Positions 9,029 through 18,565 of a stretch of 64,000 nucleotides of DNA are shown in pieces. Made by a program: the position numbers and the translations under genes. How positions within the stretch are numbered: the first letter of the stretch is position 1; every line of letters starts with the position of its first letter. The stretch spans positions 3,283 through 67,282 of the forward strand of contig CAVTKL010000008.1 of NCBI GenBank assembly GCA_963735345.1, in the 5' to 3' direction. The notes beneath the pieces are model-generated. The model was given only the letters and a program-made list of their open reading frames with translations. It was not told the origin of the DNA and searched no databases. The DNA comes from an uncultured Thermoleophilia bacterium. GTDB lineage: Bacteria > Actinomycetota > Thermoleophilia > UBA2241.

Positions 9029-11056
9029 ATGGAGATAGAGGCGAAGTACGCGGTGCCCGATGTCGAGGTCCTGGCGCGGCTGGAGACGGTCCCTATGCTG
9101 GCCGGGTACGAGATCGATGCTGGCGAACGCCGGCACGACGTGGATACGTTCCTCGACACCGCCGACCGCCGTTTCCTCGCCGCCGGCTACTACCTGCGGC
9201 GTCGCGAGACCGCAGGGGGTGTGCGCCTCACGCTCAAGGGACTCAGCGGCGGAGTCGCGGGCATCCATCGCCGCGAGGAACTGGAAGCGCTGGTCGCGGC
9301 AGACGCGCCGCCGACAGAGTGGCCGCCCGGCTCGTTGCGCGAGCGCGTGCGCTCGATCGTGGGAGACGCGCCGCTGGAGCAACTCCTCCAGCTCCGCCAG
9401 GAGCGGTTGGCGCGGCGCGTCCGCGACGGCGAACGAGACGTCGCCGAGCTGAGCCTCGACCGGGTCATCCTCGACGACGCCGAGGGCCGCGGCTGGTTCG
9501 AGGCGGAACTCGAGCTTCGCGCCGATGGCACCGAGGACGATCTCGAGCGTCTGACCGCCGCTTTGCTCGAGGCAGGTCCGCTGGCGCCGGAATCGCGTTC
9601 CAAGTTCGCCCGGGCTCTGGAGACCGCGGCCGCAGACGCCGGCGCCGAGGCGGCGAGTCCGAGTCTGTTCCCGCCGGAAGAGCGCGTCCTCCATGAGGAT
9701 GAGGCACGCAAGGCCGGCGCGCGCGGGCGGCGCGCCTTGGCTCTGCTGGCCCTCGACGATGGCCTGACACAGGTCGAAGCTGGGCTCCGGGCCGGGCTGT
9801 CGGATCGACGCGTGCGCTACTGGCTGTCGCGCTACCGCGGCGAGGGCGTGGCGATCTACGGCGTCGTCGCCGCGCCCGCCTCGCCGGCCGGTGACGCGAC
9901 GAGCGCGGAGTCGGCTGCGGTCACGACGCCGGCCGAGGCCGTCGCGCTGGAGACCGACGCGATGTCGGCCCGCGGGTCGGCGGCCGACGCGGCCGCCCCC
10001 GGCGAGATGAGCGCCGACATGGGGGCCGAGGCGCTCGGCCCAGACGGGCTGGAGGCCGGCGCGCCCGTCGTCGCACCGGGGCCCCAGAAGAAGCGCCCCG
10101 ATATCGCGCCCACCGACTCGATGACCGCCGCCGCCGTCAGTACGCTGCGCTTCCATCTCGCGAGAATGCTCGAGCACGAGGCGGGCACCCGTCTTGGCGA
10201 GGACCCCGAGGAGTTGCACGACATGCGTGTCTCCACGCGGCGCATGCGCATGGCCCTGCGTGTGTTCGCCGACTACCTGGATCGTGACACGCTGCGGCCT
10301 GTGCTCAAGGGCCTGCGGCGCACCGGCGACACCCTTGGGGCGGTGCGCGACCTTGACGTGTTCCAGGAGAAGACGCGCCTCTACCTGGACAGCCTTCCGG
10401 CGGAGCGCTCCGGCGAGCTTGGCGGCCTCCTGGCCGCGTGGAGCGTCGAACGCGACCTGCAACGCGAGCACCTGGTGGACTACCTGGACGGAGAGCGCTA
10501 TCAGCGGTTCGTGGAGTCCACGAGCGAGTTGCTCGACGGGCCCTTGGAGCGTCTCGTGCCGCAGGCGTTCGGCGGGCCGCGCCCACAGCGCGTCTCTCAG
10601 GTCCTGCCGGGCATCCTGTTCCAGGACATGGCGGTCGTCTGGGCCTTCGAGAGCCAGATCGATGGCCCGCAGACGCCGCTGCCCATCTTCCACGCTCTGC
10701 GTAAGGCGTGCAAGGGACTACGCTACACGCTCGAGTTCTTCGAAGGGGTCCTCGGGCCGGGCGCCAAGCCGCTGATCAAGACGGTCAAGGGGATGCAAGA
10801 CCACCTCGGCGACCTGCAGGACGCCGTCGTCACGTGCGGGGTCTTGCGCGACTTCATCACCTGGGGAGAGTGGCGTCATCACGGCCACACCCTCCCGGAG
10901 CCGACCGAGCTGGTCGTCGCGCCGGGTGCCGCCCGTTACATGGCGGCCCGACAGGAGGAGATGGAGCGGCTCGTGCTGGGCTTCCCCGAGGTATGGCCGA
11001 CGGTCGCGGGCGCCGGCTTCAGCCGCGAACTCGCCACAGTGATCGCCGAGATCTGA
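9029..11056 (+). CDS. CYTH (triphosphate tunnel) - CHAD domain protein with a central HTH-like/Ala-rich insert
   Basis: N-terminal EIEAKY (ExExK CYTH signature). C-terminal CHAD helices HDMRVSTRRMRMALRVF, ALRKACKGLRYTLEFF. Middle segment LTQVEAGLRAGLSDRRVRYWLSRYRGEG. Confidence 0.85.
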   Translation: MEIEAKYAVPDVEVLARLETVPMLAGYEIDAGERRHDVDTFLDTADRRFLAAGYYLRRRETAGGVRLTLKGLSGGVAGIHRREELEALVAADAPPTEWPPGSLRERVRSIVGDAPLEQLLQLRQERLARRVRDGERDVAELSLDRVILDDAEGRGWFEAELELRADGTEDDLERLTAALLEAGPLAPESRSKFARALETAAADAGAEAASPSLFPPEERVLHEDEARKAGARGRRALALLALDDGLTQVEAGLRAGLSDRRVRYWLSRYRGEGVAIYGVVAAPASPAGDATSAESAAVTTPAEAVALETDAMSARGSAADAAAPGEMSADMGAEALGPDGLEAGAPVVAPGPQKKRPDIAPTDSMTAAAVSTLRFHLARMLEHEAGTRLGEDPEELHDMRVSTRRMRMALRVFADYLDRDTLRPVLKGLRRTGDTLGAVRDLDVFQEKTRLYLDSLPAERSGELGGLLAAWSVERDLQREHLVDYLDGERYQRFVESTSELLDGPLERLVPQAFGGPRPQRVSQVLPGILFQDMAVVWAFESQIDGPQTPLPIFHALRKACKGLRYTLEFFEGVLGPGAKPLIKTVKGMQDHLGDLQDAVVTCGVLRDFITWGEWRHHGHTLPEPTELVVAPGAARYMAARQEEMERLVLGFPEVWPTVAGAGFSRELATVIAEI

Positions 11057-11064
11057 GGGGCGCC

Positions 11065-11096
11065 GCCGCCGGAGCGGCTGCTGTCGTTCCGGCGGC
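11065..11096. terminator. Hairpin between convergent genes (GCCGCCGGA-N14-TCCGGCGGC); a second hairpin lies at 11109..11135
   Basis: 9-bp stem read directly from sequence. Second stem is CAGCGGC/GCCGCTG. The pair sits between the CHAD stop (11056) and the small-gene stop (11139). Confidence 0.4.
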
Positions 11097-11138
11097 CGGG
11101 GCAGGGATCAGCGGCCGGCTCTCCGTGAGCCGCTGCGC

Positions 11139-11369
11139 TCAGGACTTGGCTTTGCTCTTGGACGTCTTCTTCTTGGACTTCGCCTTGCCGCTCTTCTTCT
11201 TGCCGCTCTTCTTGGCGAGCACCGCCTTGCGGTCTTCGTTGAGTTGCTTCAATCCCGCGCTGCGGCCGTGGGCGCCGATGTAGGTCTGGGCGATCGCGCA
11301 CTTCTTGCAGCCCTTGCCGCAGCAGTCTTTCCACTCCTTACGGCTGAACTCGCTCGTCATGTCCGGCAT
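11139..11369 (-). CDS. Small Cys-rich protein (CCxxGCxxC motif) with poly-Lys tail
   Basis: MPDMTSEFSRKEWKDCCGKGCKKCAIAQTY...KKSGKKKSGKAKSKKKTSKSKAKS. ATG at 11369 preceded by GGGAGG. Motif resembles the Oxidored-like CCxxGCxxC domain (from memory). Confidence 0.65.
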   Translation of the reverse strand: MPDMTSEFSRKEWKDCCGKGCKKCAIAQTYIGAHGRSAGLKQLNEDRKAVLAKKSGKKKSGKAKSKKKTSKSKAKS

Positions 11370-11382
11370 TGTCGGCCTCCCG

Positions 11383-12069
11383 TCAGGGTGATGGTCGTGT
11401 CTCGTCGTCGCCGTACGCGGCCATGCGCACGTCTTCGGCGACCGCGTACGCCATGTCGGTGCATGCCGCGATCGCCTCCAGCGAGTAGCCGGCGGCGACC
11501 TCCTCGAGGACGAAGCCGGCGCCCGCATGGCGGCGGAAGAGGGCGCGCTCCGTGATGATCACGTCGCACTCTCCCGCGCCGGTCAAGGGGAACGTGCACC
11601 GCTTCATGAGCTTCGAACTGCCGTCCCTGGCGCAGTGCTCGGTGACGATGTACACCGTCTTGGCGCCGGTCACGAGGTCCATGGCGCCGCCCATCCCGGC
11701 GAGCATCTTGCCCGGAATGATCCAGTTGGCGATGTCGCCCCGCCCGTCCACCTGGAGCGTGCCGAGGAACGTGGCGTCCAGATGGCCGCCACGGATCATC
11801 GCGAACGAGGTGGCGGAGTCGAAGTAGCTGCCGCCCGGCAGGAGCGTGATCGGCTGATTGCCGGCGTTGGCGCGGTCGTGGTCCTCGCAGCCTGGCTCCG
11901 GGGCCGGGCCGACGCCGATGGCGCCGTTCTCCGTCTGGATGACGACGTCCACGCCGGGCGGCACGTAGTTGGCGATCAGAGTCGGCAGGCCGATCCCCAG
12001 GTTGATGATCTGGCCGTCGCGGAGTTCGCGGGCGGCACGGGCGGCGATGGTCTGTTTGGCGTCAGGCAC
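11383..12069 (-). CDS. 3-oxoacid/acetate CoA-transferase subunit B
   Basis: GTG at 12069 preceded by GGAGG. INLGIGLPT and IQTENGAIG (SENG-type catalytic Glu). Overlaps the subunit A stop. Confidence 0.9.
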   Translation of the reverse strand: MPDAKQTIAARAARELRDGQIINLGIGLPTLIANYVPPGVDVVIQTENGAIGVGPAPEPGCEDHDRANAGNQPITLLPGGSYFDSATSFAMIRGGHLDATFLGTLQVDGRGDIANWIIPGKMLAGMGGAMDLVTGAKTVYIVTEHCARDGSSKLMKRCTFPLTGAGECDVIITERALFRRHAGAGFVLEEVAAGYSLEAIAACTDMAYAVAEDVRMAAYGDDETRPSP

Positions 12070-12805
12070 TGTACGCCTCCTTGCGCTGGACGCAGTACTC
12101 GAGGTCCGCGCGCACGACCGCGTCGACGAAGATCCCGGAGGTGTGGACGGCGTTGGGGTCGAGTTCACCGAGCGTATAGAGGTCCTCGACCTCGGCGATG
12201 GTGTGCTGCGCGCACATCGCCGCCGGCACATTGAAGTTGCGCGAGGTGCCGCGGTAGATGAGATTGCCCCACGTATCTCCCGCATGGGCGCGCACGAGGG
12301 CGACATCGCATTTGACGGCCGGTACGAGGATGTACACGCGGCCGTCGAGCTCGACGAGCTGCTTGCCCTCCTCGGCGGTCGTGCCTACTCCTGTGGGGGT
12401 GAGAAACCCGCCAAGGCCTGCGCCGCCGGCGCGCAGCATCTCGGCCAGAGTGCCTTGCGGCGTGGCCTCGACCTGCAGACGCCCCTCGTTCATGGCCCGG
12501 CCGATCTCGGGAGTCGTGCCGACGTGGCTGGCGACGATCTTCCTGACCTTGCCCATGCGCACCAGTTCCACGATGCCGCGTTCGTGGAACCCGGCATCGT
12601 TCGCGTAGATCGTCAGATCGGCGACGTCCATCCTCTTCAAGTGATCGAGCAGTGTGAGCGGGTCGCCCTGGCCGATGAAGCCGCCGACGGCGATGCTCAT
12701 TCCCGACTCGACGTGCGCCATCGCCTCGGCGACGTCGACGACTTTGTTCCTGGGCACCTTCTCACCCCATGACGGTCGGCCGCCGGACGCGCCAGATGCT
12801 ATCAC
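12062..12805 (-). CDS. 3-oxoacid/acetate CoA-transferase subunit A
   Basis: MSIAVGGFIGQGDPLTLL, TPQGTLAEMLRAGGAGLGGFLTPTG. The start may instead be GTG at 12757. Confidence 0.88.
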   Translation of the reverse strand: MIASGASGGRPSWGEKVPRNKVVDVAEAMAHVESGMSIAVGGFIGQGDPLTLLDHLKRMDVADLTIYANDAGFHERGIVELVRMGKVRKIVASHVGTTPEIGRAMNEGRLQVEATPQGTLAEMLRAGGAGLGGFLTPTGVGTTAEEGKQLVELDGRVYILVPAVKCDVALVRAHAGDTWGNLIYRGTSRNFNVPAAMCAQHTIAEVEDLYTLGELDPNAVHTSGIFVDAVVRADLEYCVQRKEAYSA

Positions 12806-12875
12806 CGCCGCCGCCGACTGTCGTTCGCGGCGCCTTCTGCGAAGCCCGTCGTTCAGCGGGCGTCGCCGGCGCGCT

Positions 12876-14855
12876 TCAGCGGGAGTCTCGGATCCCTTCG
12901 AGCATCGCCGGATCCTCGATGCTCGACAGATCGCCGAGTTCCTCCTCCAGGTAGGCGCGGCGGATCACGCCACGGACGATCTTCCCCGAGCGCGTCTTGG
13001 GGAGGGCGCTCACGAAGCGCACGTCCTCGGGACGCAGCGTACGGCCCAGGAGCGTCGCGACATGCTCCCTGAGATCGGACCGTAGCGTCTCGGACTCGTC
13101 GAGGCCGGACTTGAGGACGACGAAGCAGAGGAGGCCCGCGCCCTTGATCTCGTGAGGGACGCCGACAACGACGGCCTCCGAGACCGCCGGATGCTCGATC
13201 AGGGCCGATTCGACCTCCGCGGGACTGGTGCGCCGACCGCTCACCTTGATCGTGTCGTCGGCGCGGCCCATGAGGAACCAGAAGCCGTCCTTGTCGATGG
13301 TGGCCCAATCGCCGTGGAACCAGATGTCCGCGCCGAAACGGCTGAAGTAGGTGTCGATGTAGCGCTGGGGATCGTTGAGGAATCCCTTCGTCATGGACGG
13401 CGCCGGGCGTCGGCAGATGAGGTAGCCGAGCTGCTCGCGCACCGGCCGGCCCTCGTCGTCGACGCAGTCGACGGCCATGCCCAGCGCCGGTCCGCGCAGC
13501 GTCGTCGCCTTGAGTGACGAGATCGGCAGCGGCATGAGGAAGCAGCCGACGATCTCGGTGCCGCCGGATATGTTGATGATGGGGAGGCGGCTGCGGCCGA
13601 TGTGTTCGAAGAACCATTGGTAGGAGTCGGGATCCCACGGCTCGCCGGTGGAGCCCAAGTACTTCAGGCTCGAGAGGTCATACGCGTCCGCGATCTCATC
13701 GCCTTCTCTCATGAGGAGACGGATCGCTGTCGGCGAGATACCCAGATGGGTGGCGCGCAGTTCGGCACAGGCCTCCCACAAGCGCCCCTGATGAGGCCAG
13801 TTCGGCGTGCCTTCGTAGAGCACGACGGTGGCGCCGAAGAAGTGCACGCCGATGAGCTCCCAAGGACCCATCATCCAGCCAATATCCGTCACCCAGAAGA
13901 AGACGTCGTCACCCTTGACGTCGAAGGCGTACCCGAGCTCCTTGGCCATCTGCGCGAGGCAGCCTGCGTGCGTGTGGACGGTGCCTTTCGGGCGACCCGT
14001 GGTCCCAGAGGTGAAGAGGATCAGAGCGCCGGCTTCCGCGTCGAGACTCTCGCCGGGGCACGTCTCGGCCTGCCCGTCGAGAAAGTCGCTCCACCACACG
14101 TCGCGCCCTCGCATCATGGAGATCTGGATCCCGGCCTCGCGACGGCGCTCCGTCCCTAGGCGGTCGACGACGATCACTGTCTCGACGTCGGGATGCTCTG
14201 CTCGCGCAAGGTCGACGTCTGGCTTGATCGCGAAAGGCCTGCCGCGACGGACCGACCCATCCGCGGTGAACACGACCCGGCAGCCGCCATCCTGGAGCCG
14301 GGTGGCCAGCGCCCGGGCTCCGAACCCCGAGAACACCGGGATCAGCACGGCGCCGATCTTCAGGGCCGCGTAGAAGACCGCCACGAGTTCCGGCACCATC
14401 GGCATGTACAGGCCCACGGTGTCGCCGCGGTGGACGCCGACAGCTTTCATCGCATTGGCGACGCGGCAACTTTCGCGCTCGAGCTCGGCATACGTCGTCG
14501 TCGCGCGCTCGCCGCCTTCGGAGACCCATTCGACGGCGGGATGGTCGGCGTGTGGCCCTGACGCATGACGCTCGAGGCAGTTGCGCGCGATGTTGAGCTT
14601 GCCGCCGAGGAACCACCGAGCCCACGGGAAGCCGCGCGATTCGTCTAGCACCGTGTGGTACGGCTGATCCCACTGGACGCCGAGGTCCTTGAGGGCGGCG
14701 TCCCAGAACCAAGCCACGTCGCTGGTCGAGCGTCCCACGAGCTCGTCGTAACTCGCGATGCCGTGCGTATCCATGAAGCGCCGCACGTTGCTGTTCTCGA
14801 GGTAGTCCCCGTACGGCTCCCAGATGATGTCATCGGGGGTTGACTGTGCAGGCAT
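12876..14855 (-). CDS. AMP-forming acyl-CoA synthetase (acetyl/acetoacetyl-CoA synthetase family)
   Basis: ATG 14855 preceded by AAGGAG. AMP-binding motif LFTSGTTGRPKGTVHTH, YLGSTGEPW, GDWATIDKDGFWFLMGRADD. Confidence 0.9.
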   Translation of the reverse strand: MPAQSTPDDIIWEPYGDYLENSNVRRFMDTHGIASYDELVGRSTSDVAWFWDAALKDLGVQWDQPYHTVLDESRGFPWARWFLGGKLNIARNCLERHASGPHADHPAVEWVSEGGERATTTYAELERESCRVANAMKAVGVHRGDTVGLYMPMVPELVAVFYAALKIGAVLIPVFSGFGARALATRLQDGGCRVVFTADGSVRRGRPFAIKPDVDLARAEHPDVETVIVVDRLGTERRREAGIQISMMRGRDVWWSDFLDGQAETCPGESLDAEAGALILFTSGTTGRPKGTVHTHAGCLAQMAKELGYAFDVKGDDVFFWVTDIGWMMGPWELIGVHFFGATVVLYEGTPNWPHQGRLWEACAELRATHLGISPTAIRLLMREGDEIADAYDLSSLKYLGSTGEPWDPDSYQWFFEHIGRSRLPIINISGGTEIVGCFLMPLPISSLKATTLRGPALGMAVDCVDDEGRPVREQLGYLICRRPAPSMTKGFLNDPQRYIDTYFSRFGADIWFHGDWATIDKDGFWFLMGRADDTIKVSGRRTSPAEVESALIEHPAVSEAVVVGVPHEIKGAGLLCFVVLKSGLDESETLRSDLREHVATLLGRTLRPEDVRFVSALPKTRSGKIVRGVIRRAYLEEELGDLSSIEDPAMLEGIRDSR

Positions 14856-15025
14856 GCGCGGCTCCTTTCGCGAGCGTCCCACGATTCTACGAGCCCTGCC
14901 CGGCCACGGCAATGGACTCCGCCGGTGTGTGAGCCTGTCGCCGCAACCTGGGGGCGCTCACCTGTTCTTCACAAGCGTCGTAACCTGTATACTCCCTATC
15001 CGTTCTGGGCGACGGGGAGGGTGTC

Positions 15026-15904
15026 GTGGGTGAAGTGGGTGAAGTGACAGAGTCCGCCACGGTGGGGGTCATCGGCGGATCGGGGTTCTACGAGCTGCTC
15101 GAGAACGCCCGGGAGGTCGACATCGAAACTCCCTTCGGTCCTCCCAGCGACCGGTACTTCCTTGGTGAGATAGGCGGCGTCAGCGTGGCGTTCCTGCCAC
15201 GACACGGACGCGGTCATCGCATCTCGCCGGGCGAGGTCAATTACCGCGCCAACCTCTGGGGGATGAAGGCTCTCGGTGTCCGCTACGTCCTCTCGGCCAG
15301 CGCCGTGGGCAGCCTGCGTGAGGAGCTCAGGCCGCTGGACGTCGTCGTGCCGGATCAGCTCTTCGACCGCACCAAGACGCGGCCGAGCACCTTCTTCGGC
15401 GACGGCATCGTCGTCCACGTGGGCTTCGCCGATCCCTTCTGCGCCTATGTGAGCAAGCTCCTCGTGGCCGCCGGACGGGAGGCGGGCGCCACCATCCACG
15501 AGGGTGGCACCTATGTGTGCATCGAGGGCCCGCAATTCTCCACGCGCGCCGAGTCCCGGGTGTACCGGCAGCTCGGCTTCGACGTCATCGGCATGACCAA
15601 CCTCCAAGAGGCCAAGCTCGCCCGCGAGGCCGAACTCTGCTACGCGACGCTGGCTCTCGTGACGGACTACGACGTATGGCACGAGAGCGAGGAGGATGTC
15701 ACCCTCGAGCAGGTGCTCGCCAACGTGCGGATCAACGTGGAGACGGCCCAGGCCATCGTCAAGAGGGTGATCGTCGCGCTTGACGGCGCCCGCGACTGCG
15801 CGTGTCGGCACGCCGTCGAACACGCCATCATCACGCCGGCCGAGCTCGTTCCTCAGGCGACCAAAGAAAGACTCGACCTGCTCATCGGGAATTATCTCTG
15901 CTGA
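15026..15904 (+). CDS. mtnP: S-methyl-5'-thioadenosine phosphorylase
   Basis: VGVIGGSGFYELLE, FLPRHGRGHRISPGEVNYRANLWGMKALG, GPQFSTRAES. GTG start follows GGGGAGGG. Confidence 0.9.
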   Translation: MGEVGEVTESATVGVIGGSGFYELLENAREVDIETPFGPPSDRYFLGEIGGVSVAFLPRHGRGHRISPGEVNYRANLWGMKALGVRYVLSASAVGSLREELRPLDVVVPDQLFDRTKTRPSTFFGDGIVVHVGFADPFCAYVSKLLVAAGREAGATIHEGGTYVCIEGPQFSTRAESRVYRQLGFDVIGMTNLQEAKLAREAELCYATLALVTDYDVWHESEEDVTLEQVLANVRINVETAQAIVKRVIVALDGARDCACRHAVEHAIITPAELVPQATKERLDLLIGNYLC

Positions 15905-16034
15905 GGTCGCGCCCACGTGGGGCGCGGTCTTCGCGACGTTCGGTACAGGGCGCCAGCGGCGCCGTCATGACAGGGTGGTCCGCGCGGGGGTCTAGCAGGC
16001 GCGGACCAGATGGGGTTCAGAAAGGAGCCATGCA

Positions 16035-18194
16035 GTGCAGTCGTTCGTGTCCAACAACGCCATGCTTCTGGCGATCATCTGTGGGCTGATCGCAGTCGTC
16101 TACGGCATCCTGCTCATCAGGTGGCTGCTCAAGCTGCCGGCCGGCGACGAGGCGATGCAGCGTGTCGCCGGAGCGATCCAGGAGGGCGCCAAGGCGTACC
16201 TCGACCGTCAGTATCGCACGATCGCGATGGTCGGTGTCGGCGTCTTCATCATCCTGCTGGTGGCGCTCGGCATCGGCAAAGACTGGACCTACGCCTGGCA
16301 CGTCGCCGTGGGCTTCGTCGTCGGCGCCCTGCTCTCGTCGGCGACCGGCTATATCGGCATGATGGTCAGCGTCCGCGTCAACGTGCGCACCGCTGAGGCG
16401 GCCCGCAGGGGCCTCGGCCCGGCGCTCACCGTCGCCTTCCGCGGCGGCGCCGTGACCGGCCTTCTGGTGGTCGGCTTGGCGTTGCTCGGCGTGGCCGGCT
16501 ACTACTGGGTCACGGGCGACGTCGCGGCCATGGTCGGTCTCGGGTTCGGCGGCAGCCTCATCAGCGTGTTCGCCCGCGTCGGCGGTGGCATCTTCACCAA
16601 GGCCGCAGATGTCGGCGCCGACCTGGTGGGCAAGGTCGAGGCGGGCATCCCCGAGGACGATCCGCGCAACCCGGCAGTCATCGCCGACAACGTCGGCGAC
16701 AACGTCGGCGATTGCGCGGGCATGGCGGCCGACCTCTTCGAGACGTATGCGGTGACCGCGGTCGCGGCCATGCTCCTCGCCTTCCTCACGTTCAGGGCCA
16801 ACGTCTCCGTCACTGGGGTCAGCGAGAATCTGCTCATCCACGCGCAGGGCGCGCTGGCCTACCAGCCGGCGGTGGTGTATCCGCTGGTCATCGGCGGCGT
16901 GTCGATCATCGCCAGCATCATCGGCACGTTCTTCGTGCGCCTCGGCAAGTCCGGCAACATCATGAACGCACTGTACAAGGGCCTGGCCGTGTCGGCGGTC
17001 ATCTCGATCGCCCTCTTCTATCCCGTCACCGACTGGCTCATGGGCGATCCGATCGCGCAGAGTGTCTTCGGCGTCCCGAGTGTGGGCCGTCTCTTCTGGG
17101 CTGCCGTGACGGGCGTCGTGGTGACAGCGCTCATCGTGGTCATCACCGAGTACTACACGTCCACGCGGTACAAGCCCGTGAGGAGCGTGGCCGCGGCCAG
17201 CCTCACCGGCCACGCCACCAACATCATCCAGGGCCTGGCCGTCTCCATGCAGGCCACCGCTCTGCCGGTCATCGTCATCGCCGCCGGCATCCTCGTGAGC
17301 TACACCGTGGTCGGCGGCGGCGCCGCCGGCCTGTACGGCATCGCCGTGGCGGTCATGGCCATGCTCTCGATGACCGGCATCATCGTGGCGATCGACGCCT
17401 ACGGGCCCATCACCGACAACGCCGGCGGCATCGCCGAGATGGCGAACATGCCGGAAGAGGTGCGCGCCACCACCGATCCCCTCGATGCGGTCGGCAACAC
17501 CACCAAGGCCATCACCAAGGGCTACGCCATCGGCTCCGCTGGTTTCGCGGCCCTCATCCTGTTCGTCTCGTACACGCTCGACCTGCAGGAGCATTTCGCA
17601 GAGAAATACGACTACAAGGGCGCCCTCTCGTTCATGATCGACAATCCCTGGGTGCTTGCCGGCCTGTTCATCGGAGGCATGCTGCCCTACCTCTTCGCCT
17701 CGCTCTGCATGCAGGCAGTGGGCAAGGCGGGCGGTCAGGTGGTCGAAGAGGTCCGCCGTCAGTTCCGCGAGATCCCCGGCATCATGGACGGCTCGGACAA
17801 GCCGGACTACCGCACGGCCGTCGACATCGTCACCAAGTCGGCGATCCGCAAGATGCTCCTGCCGGCGGCGATCCCCGTCCTCACGCCGATCATCATCGGT
17901 GTCGCCTTCGGCTCCAAGGGCTACCTGGTGCTCGGCGGCGTGCTCATGGGCACGATCATCACAGGCATCTTCCTGGCCATCAGCATGACCAGCGGAGGCG
18001 GCGCCTGGGACAACGCCAAGAAGCTCATCGAGGACGGCGAGTACGGGGGCAAGGGTTCGGATGCCCACGCGGCCGCCGTCACCGGCGACACGGTCGGCGA
18101 CCCGTACAAGGATACGGCCGGCCCCGCCATCAACCCGATGATCAAGGTCATCAACATCGTCGCGCTGCTCGTGATCCCCTTCCTCGTGATGTAG
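16035..18194 (+). CDS. hppA: Membrane-integral H+-translocating pyrophosphatase, K+-insensitive type
   Basis: 719 aa, about 16 TM. Motifs [19 protein letters not shown] and GNTTKA (Lys = K+-independent class). GTG 16035 is 8 nt after AAAGGAG. Confidence 0.95.
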   Translation: MQSFVSNNAMLLAIICGLIAVVYGILLIRWLLKLPAGDEAMQRVAGAIQEGAKAYLDRQYRTIAMVGVGVFIILLVALGIGKDWTYAWHVAVGFVVGALLSSATGYIGMMVSVRVNVRTAEAARRGLGPALTVAFRGGAVTGLLVVGLALLGVAGYYWVTGDVAAMVGLGFGGSLISVFARVGGGIFTKAADVGADLVGKVEAGIPEDDPRNPAVIADNVGDNVGDCAGMAADLFETYAVTAVAAMLLAFLTFRANVSVTGVSENLLIHAQGALAYQPAVVYPLVIGGVSIIASIIGTFFVRLGKSGNIMNALYKGLAVSAVISIALFYPVTDWLMGDPIAQSVFGVPSVGRLFWAAVTGVVVTALIVVITEYYTSTRYKPVRSVAAASLTGHATNIIQGLAVSMQATALPVIVIAAGILVSYTVVGGGAAGLYGIAVAVMAMLSMTGIIVAIDAYGPITDNAGGIAEMANMPEEVRATTDPLDAVGNTTKAITKGYAIGSAGFAALILFVSYTLDLQEHFAEKYDYKGALSFMIDNPWVLAGLFIGGMLPYLFASLCMQAVGKAGGQVVEEVRRQFREIPGIMDGSDKPDYRTAVDIVTKSAIRKMLLPAAIPVLTPIIIGVAFGSKGYLVLGGVLMGTIITGIFLAISMTSGGGAWDNAKKLIEDGEYGGKGSDAHAAAVTGDTVGDPYKDTAGPAINPMIKVINIVALLVIPFLVM

Positions 18195-18221
18195 CAGGAA
18201 GGGCAGGTGCACGGTGCGTTC

Positions 18222-18259
18222 AGTCGCGGCGGGTGGCCCTACGGCCGCCCGCCGCGACT
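18222..18259 (+). terminator. Rho-independent-type terminator after hppA
   Basis: AGTCGCGGCGGG...CCCGCCGCGACT, a 12-bp perfect stem extendable via GGCC/GGCC. It is followed by the T-rich stretch GCTTTCGTTTCGG. Confidence 0.65.
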
Positions 18260-18390
18260 GCTTTCGTTTCGGCTTCTCGCGGCCTCTTCGCCGAACGGAT
18301 CTCATGGTTGTGCGGCCCTTCGCCCGGTGGTAACGTGAGCGCTTCGCTTGATTCCGTTCCAAGTTCCAAGGGGGAGTCCACCGCTCGACC

Positions 18391-18549
18391 ATGCGCACGA
18401 CGCAGCGGATACTGGCGGTCGTCATGGGTGTGCTTGGCCTGCTGCTCATCGTGAAAGGGACGATGGACGGCGTGTGGCCGGTCTCGGCGCAGTTGCTCGC
18501 GGGGGTTCTGTTGGTCGTGTTCGCGGTCTTGCGTTGGCGTACTCTCTGA
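18391..18549 (+). CDS. 52-aa hydrophobic peptide (two predicted TM segments), below the ORF-track cutoff
   Basis: My translation: MRTTQRILAVVMGVLGLLLIVKGTMDGVWPVSAQLLAGVLLVVFAVLRWRTL. GGGGAG lies upstream. It ends 16 nt before the permease start. Confidence 0.5.
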   Translation: MRTTQRILAVVMGVLGLLLIVKGTMDGVWPVSAQLLAGVLLVVFAVLRWRTL

Positions 18550-18565
18550 GGCTGTGAGGTAGGGC

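Noticed and set aside
15026-15046. 9-bp tandem duplication GTGGGTGAA GTGGGTGAA GTG at the mtnP start
   Set aside because: It only produces GEVGEV at a poorly defined N-terminus. It is too short to assign any function and may lie upstream of the true start.
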